Assembly (NCBI GenBank): GCA_963702475.1 | Contig: CAVPCT010000004.1 | Span: 416,001-480,000 of the forward strand | Length of the DNA: 64,000 bases | Direction: 5' to 3' | DNA from: an uncultured Thermoleophilia bacterium | GTDB taxonomy: Bacteria > Actinomycetota > Thermoleophilia > UBA2241 | In this document: piece by piece, positions 58,631-64,000 of the stretch | How the letters are laid out: every line of letters starts with the position of its first letter | Position numbering within the stretch: position 1 is the stretch's first letter | Position numbers and translations under genes: made by a program | The notes under the pieces: generated by a model | What the model was told of the DNA's origin: nothing | Database searches by the model: none | The model's input: only the letters and a program-made list of their open reading frames with translations

Positions 58631-59059
58631 TCTACCATCGGCGCCCCGGACCTCCGGGCGGGCGCCACGGTTCCCGCGGCCCGGCGCGGCGGAGCGGGCG
58701 ACCTGCGCCGGGAGATCCCTGCCAGCGCTCGGCGCTCTTGACCGACGGATCGACGGTGCCGACGTGCAGCCCGCAGTTCAGCGCGAGGAACTCCTGCCGG
58801 CCCTTCGCCCCACGCCGCGACCGCCGCGCACGGCAGTCCGTGCGGCGGCGCTCTCGATTCGTTGCAGACTACAACGAACCACGAGGACGGCGCGAGGGTG
58901 ACACTCCCTCGGCGGACCGCAATGAGAGTGACGTAGGCGTCGCGATACGTCCGGCAACGCACCACAGGCCGCAGTCGCAGGAGTCCGTCACGCGACTCGG
59001 CCGGATCTGGTGCTTCGGCGGCTCGGCCGCCGGGAGTCAGCGCCTCCCGGCCGGGCCGG

Positions 59060-60187
59060 TCAGCGGCGGACCGCGGCCGTCAGGTCCTTGGGCAGCAGCT
59101 CGGCGTGCGCCTCGACGGCGGCGACCTGCTCGGCGGCGAGCGACGACGAGCCTCGCCGCCGCGCCCGCGCCATGACCTCGCCGACCTTGAGTCCGGCGGT
59201 ATGCAGCTCGATGAGCGGCGCCGGCAGTAGCTCGAGCGGCGCGGGGTCGCCGGCGCCGGGCCAGCTGCGCAGGCCGGCGCCGGCCAGCCCGCGCCGGTCA
59301 GGCTCGCCGGAGAGGCTCACGACGGCCAGGTGCGGGGCGGCCACCGCCAGGGCCGCCGCCTCGATCCAGCCGCGCGGTCCGACGGTCCGCGCTTCCGCGT
59401 CGGACGGGCACAGGATCAGGGCGTCCGCCTCCGCGAGCACCCCCGCCCCGACCGCCTCGGGGAGCGCGTCCGCCACCTTGCGGGCTCCGCACAGGCTGAC
59501 CCGCCCGGCCCCGTCGGGGGCGGCGCCCAGCACGTGCGCGCCGGCATCGGCGAGCCCGCGCGCGACCTTGGTGTACGCGAGCCCGTCGCCGGCGACCAGC
59601 ACGACCGCTCCGGAGACAGTGACGCCGAGCTGCAGCAGTCCCCAGGTCGCAGCGTCCGGTAGGAATCGGTACAGGTCGATGCCGTCCTCGTCCACGCCGG
59701 CCACGGCGACGCCCCTGCGTCGGCAGGTCGCCGCGTCCACGTCGGCGGCGCGCCAATGGGAGATGCCCTTCATGAGGGTCACCGAGGCGCTCTCCCCGAC
59801 GTTGCGCAGCACCGCCTCGTCGACGGGCCTGACGCCGGGCAGGTCGGTGACGATATCCACCTCGCCGAGCGCCGCCTGCAGGCGGTTGGCGACGAAGCGC
59901 ACGCGCTCGCCGAGCCCGGCCACGGCGCACAGGTAGGCGGTCTGCTCCTCGGCTTCGCGGCGCGACGCCTCGAAGCTGTCGCGGGCCACGGCGTACACCT
60001 CGGCCGCTCCGGCCAGGCCGGCGATCACCGGTGTGACGCGCCGGTACCCGACGCCGGCCTCGGTGAGCACGCGCAGGCCGCCCAGATCCAGACGGTGGCG
60101 TTCGACGGCGCGCCTGATCAGGCGCAGTACGTGGCGCCCGGGAAAGGCGTCGTCGCAGGCGTATCTGGGGTCGGCGGTCGGCTGCAC
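59060..60187 (-). CDS. Hypothetical protein with Rossmann-like segments
   Basis: LDLGGLRVLTEAG...AGAAEVYAV; VLVAGDG; TAGGAT 6 nt before the GTG. Confidence 0.7.
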   Translation of the reverse strand: MQPTADPRYACDDAFPGRHVLRLIRRAVERHRLDLGGLRVLTEAGVGYRRVTPVIAGLAGAAEVYAVARDSFEASRREAEEQTAYLCAVAGLGERVRFVANRLQAALGEVDIVTDLPGVRPVDEAVLRNVGESASVTLMKGISHWRAADVDAATCRRRGVAVAGVDEDGIDLYRFLPDAATWGLLQLGVTVSGAVVLVAGDGLAYTKVARGLADAGAHVLGAAPDGAGRVSLCGARKVADALPEAVGAGVLAEADALILCPSDAEARTVGPRGWIEAAALAVAAPHLAVVSLSGEPDRRGLAGAGLRSWPGAGDPAPLELLPAPLIELHTAGLKVGEVMARARRRGSSSLAAEQVAAVEAHAELLPKDLTAAVRR

Positions 60188-60338
60188 GTGGTCATCCTAC
60201 AGCGCCCAGGGGGGTGGCGGCCGCGCCCGGCATCGGGCCGGTGGTCGTGGAGGGGCTCGCACCGGGCGGCCGGTCGCCGGGTGGCTGCGGGCGACGCTAT
60301 ACTGATGGTTCACGCCCAAGCGCAGAAAGGATCCGCGC

Positions 60339-61313
60339 GTGCGCGCCTCGGCTCGCCACCCGTTCCTCACCAGGCTCGTTCTGACGCCCGTCCTCGCGGT
60401 CCTCGTCGCGGTCGCGATGACGGCGGTCCTCGGCGCGGCCCCAGCCGCCTCCGCCTCCCCGACCGCCGCGCAGATCGACGACTTCCTGGCGACGCAGTCC
60501 TCGCCCATGACCGGCGAGGGCGACACGTTCGTCGCCGCCGGGCGGCAGAACGGCGTCGATCCGGCCTTTCTCGTGGCCATCGCCGGGGCCGAGAGCAGCT
60601 TCGGGCGGTTCCTGTACTCGGAGGGCGGCGACCAGTGCACGTACAACGCCTTCAACTGGTTCTACGGCCCCACATGGCCGCAGAGCGACTTCGCCTCGTG
60701 GAGTGAGGCCATCGAGCGGGTCGCTCAGGGCCTCGCCGGTAGCCTCTACTACGGCTCGGGCCTCTATTCCGTGCAGGCCATCGCGCCGCGGTACTGCCCG
60801 GACGGCACCGCCAACTGGGTCGCCAACGTCACGTCGTTCATGATCCGGCTTGGCGGCAACCCCACCGACACCCGCCTGTCGGTCGCCTACGGTCCCGCCG
60901 CCAGCGATCCCTCACTGCTCGGCGTGGACGGCGAGGTGGAGCTCTCCGGCGAGCCGTTCGCCGTGGGTCGCGAGGTGATCGCCCGCTTCACGCTGACCAA
61001 CGTCGGCGACCAGCCGGTGGCGCTCGACGGCATCCAGCTCATGGCCGTCGATCCTCGCGGCAGCCGGTCGGCGCTGGTCTCGGACAAGCCGGTGACGTTG
61101 CTGCCGGGCCAGCCGCTGGCCGTGGCCGCCGTGTGGCCCCTGGACACCGTCGGCCTGTGGAGCGGCTGGATCGAGGTGGTCCAGGCCGGTCAGGTCAACC
61201 AGGTCGGCGAGAAGACGGCTTTCACCTTCCGCGTCACCCTGCCGCGCGACGCGCTCGAGCGCCGGTGGGCGCGCGCCGACCTGGCGCTCTCCGCCGGCGG
61301 CGCGCGGGACTGA
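60339..61313 (+). CDS. Secreted lysozyme-fold (glucosaminidase-like) protein with Ig-like C-terminal domain
   Basis: Signal peptide; GVDPAFLVAIAGAESSFG, NAFNW, IAPRYCP. Confidence 0.75.
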   Translation: MRASARHPFLTRLVLTPVLAVLVAVAMTAVLGAAPAASASPTAAQIDDFLATQSSPMTGEGDTFVAAGRQNGVDPAFLVAIAGAESSFGRFLYSEGGDQCTYNAFNWFYGPTWPQSDFASWSEAIERVAQGLAGSLYYGSGLYSVQAIAPRYCPDGTANWVANVTSFMIRLGGNPTDTRLSVAYGPAASDPSLLGVDGEVELSGEPFAVGREVIARFTLTNVGDQPVALDGIQLMAVDPRGSRSALVSDKPVTLLPGQPLAVAAVWPLDTVGLWSGWIEVVQAGQVNQVGEKTAFTFRVTLPRDALERRWARADLALSAGGARD

Positions 61314-61370
61314 CTCGGGCCGGCGCGCGGGACTGGCCACGGCCTGTCGCGACGCCCGCGGCCGCAGGCC

Positions 61371-62766
61371 TCAGAACTGGAAGTACAAGAAGGGGCTCGG
61401 CGCGCTCAGCGCCAGGAGCGAGCCCCCGACCAGGATCCCCAGGGCGACGGCCCAGCGCAGGTTGGGCGCCGGCTTGAGCTCCCAGGTGTTCGGGGCCAGG
61501 TTCACCCACAGCAGCCCGAACACGATGAGCGCCGGCAACACCCTGCCCAGCGGCATGAGGTCGCCGCCGCTCACGCCGTTCAGGCCGACCATGGCGCGCA
61601 GCACGTCGAACGCCTGCGATCATGGTGAGCGCACGGAAGAACACCCACGCCACCACGGCGCAGAGGAACGTCAGCAGGCGGTTCAGCCACACCCAGCCGG
61701 GCGCAAGGCCCCACTTGCGGAACAGCACGTGCACCGACTGGAAGACGCCCCACAGCAGGCCCCAGAAGACGAACGTCCAGGCCGGGCCGTGCCACAGGCC
61801 GGCCAGCAGGAAGGTGAGGAGCAGGTTGCGGACCGTCATCCACGTGGTGCCGCGCGAGCCGCCCAGCGGGATGAAGAGGTAGTCGCGTAGCCACGAGGAC
61901 AGCGACATGTGCCAGCGGCGCCAGAAGTCGGAGGGGTTCCGGGCCTTGTAGGGGGAGTCGAAGTTCTGGGGGAAGCGCAGACCGATCATGAAGGCGACGC
62001 CGACGGCCATGTCGGAGTAGCCGGAGAAGTCGAAGTACAGCTGCAGCGTGTACCCGAGCGCCGCGCCCCAGCCGGAGGCCATGCCGAGCTCGGCGCTGTG
62101 CTCGAAGAGCTTGTTGACGGCGGGCGCCATCATGTCGGCCACCAGCAGCTTCTTGGCGAGGCCCATGGCGAGGAAGAACACCCCGGTGCCGATGAGGCTC
62201 AGGCGGAAGCGCTGCTGGGCGCGTTCGAGCTGCTCGCCGACGTGGCCGTAGCGGATGATCGGCCCGGCCATGAGGTACGGGAACAGCGTGGCCCAGGCGA
62301 GGTAGTGCACCACGCTCTTGGCTGGGCGGATCATGCCGCGGTACACGTCCACCGCGTACGAGATGCCGGCGAACGTGTAGAACGACACGCCGACCGGCAG
62401 GAGCACCTTGAGGACGGGCAGGGGTTCGTCGGCCCCGAACAGGCCGGCCAGGCCGTTCAGCGAGTCGAGGAAGAAGCCGCGGTACTTGAAGTAGGCCAGG
62501 AGGCCGAGGTTGACCGCGATGGCGCCGGCCAGGAGGAGCTTGCGCCGGCGCCCGCCCTGCGTGCCGGAAATGACGTGGCCGGCGACCCAGTCCACCAGCG
62601 TCGTGCCGAGCAGCAGCGGCAGGTATCGCCAGTCCCAGAGCCCGTAGAAAACGCACGAGGCGACGATGAGGAAGATGAGCCGGGGGTAGCCGCGCGGGAC
62701 CACCCAGTACAGGATGACGACCGCCGGCAGGAAGTACAGCAGGAAGCCGAAGCTGTTGAAGAGCAC
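61371..62766 (-). CDS. MBOAT O-acyltransferase (AlgI/DltB/PatA family), +1 frameshift near 61620
   Basis: MLFNS, PVGVSFYTF, YFDFSGYSDMA, FWRRWHMSLS, GLWHG, C-terminal FLYFQF. Confidence 0.92.
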
Positions 62767-62777
62767 GGTCTACGGCC

Positions 62778-64000
62778 TCACTCGGGCGGCCAGTCCATCT
62801 TCTTGAGCACGTACTTCGCCACCCGGGCGGTGTTGTCGGTGGTCATGTGGACGCCGTCGTAGAAGCCCTCCGGGTCGCCGTCCCAGGTGGTGATGTCGGT
62901 GATGTCGATGAACTCGAAGTCGTACTCGGTCTTCAGCGACTCGAGGTAGTCGAGCACCTGCTGGTGGCGCTGCGGCCAGCCCAGCGGGTCGACGTACTTG
63001 CGCAGCTTGGGGTTGATGGGCGTGAGGACGATGAGCGGGGCAGCCCCCTCCTCGTTCATGAGCGCGAGCGTGTCCTCGAAGTACTTCTTGGCCGTCGGGT
63101 CGAGGCTGAAGTAGGCGTCGGTGTAGAGGTCGGTGTAGCGCTTGACGGAGCTTGGGCCAGCGCGAGTTCCACTCGGCCTCGGTGAGCGGGCGGTCGACCA
63201 TGGTGCCGTCGGCGTTGAAGCGCTTGCGGTACTCGTCGTACTTGCGCTTGACCTTCTTGCGGTTCATGAGCACGCGCAGGGAGTCCTTGGCGCTGTCCAG
63301 GGAGAACACCGACGAGCGGTTGGCCCAGACCTGGCGGGCGATGGCCGACGGCGTCTTGCGGATGGTCCCCGAGCCCTCGACGTACTGGGCGAGACGCGGT
63401 TCGTTGGCGGTGCGCCCCTGGATCTTGAACGGCACGAACGACTCCACGTCGACCAGCCAGAAGTACTTGGGCACGGCGTCGGGAAAGGTGTCGTGGATGA
63501 AGTTCGTCATGGCCCACGCGTCGGCGGTGCCGCCGATGCCGTTCACGCCGCCGTTGAAGGTGCGCAGACCCGTGAGCTCCTCGAAATCCTCCGGCATGTA
63601 CCGCATGGAGCGCGAGCTGCCGAGGAGGACGAGCTGCGGGGCCTGCTTCATGTTCTCGACCGCATCGGCCTTGATGGTGCGGTCGGACGTGGTGACGGTC
63701 GGCAGCAGCTTCATGCCGATGAGGCCGTACGGGTCGGCGAGGGTGTTGAACGCGCCGACCATGGCCATCACCACGAGGGCCGCGGCCACAAGGACCAGCA
63801 AGAACCAGAAGGTCCTGCGACCCTTGGACTGGTCGATCTCGGGCGGGTCGGGGATGACGCGCTTCTTGACGCCGGACTGCGAAGGGGCCGGGCCGTCCGC
63901 GGCCGCCGTCCCGTCCGGCGCCGCGCCGGGCTGCGGCCGGTTCAGGCCCTCCGCCCCGTCCAGCGACTGCCCGCCCGGAGCCAGCCGGGAGGGCACCCCT
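62778..64000 (-). CDS. Membrane-anchored SGNH-like protein, +1 frameshift near 63150; start at or beyond the window edge
   Basis: TM then DPYG, LGSSR, FYDGVH; paralog of 55672-56712. Confidence 0.72.

Overview
High-GC bacterial chromosomal window. TAnnnT -10 boxes, many apparently leaderless starts, PHO-box-type repeats, SLH-like and SpoIID proteins suggest a deep-branching actinobacterium such as Thermoleophilia (inference). Left to right: divergent feoAB / mntH-usp metal uptake with DtxR-like operators; a phosphate-starvation island (secreted PHP phosphoesterase, phoPR, pstSCAB-phoU, small ORFs) containing six promoters with the same 11-nt-periodic architecture; a peptidoglycan remodelling cluster (SpoIID, SLH-NlpC/P60, two L,D-transpeptidases); rmlACDB; HNH/rarA; an acidic YtxH-like protein; a degenerate M28 membrane protein; a two-component system; trpB2 behind a Trp-rich leader peptide; a REC-GGDEF*-EAL protein; speB/nitrilase/pip; and a >21 kb surface-polysaccharide locus with three ATP-grasp ligases, two deacetylases, an MBOAT and two SGNH-like proteins. 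Five single-base +1 frameshifts look like read errors. No rRNA, tRNA, CRISPR array or mobile element was recognised. All calls come from manual motif reading; no database searches were run.
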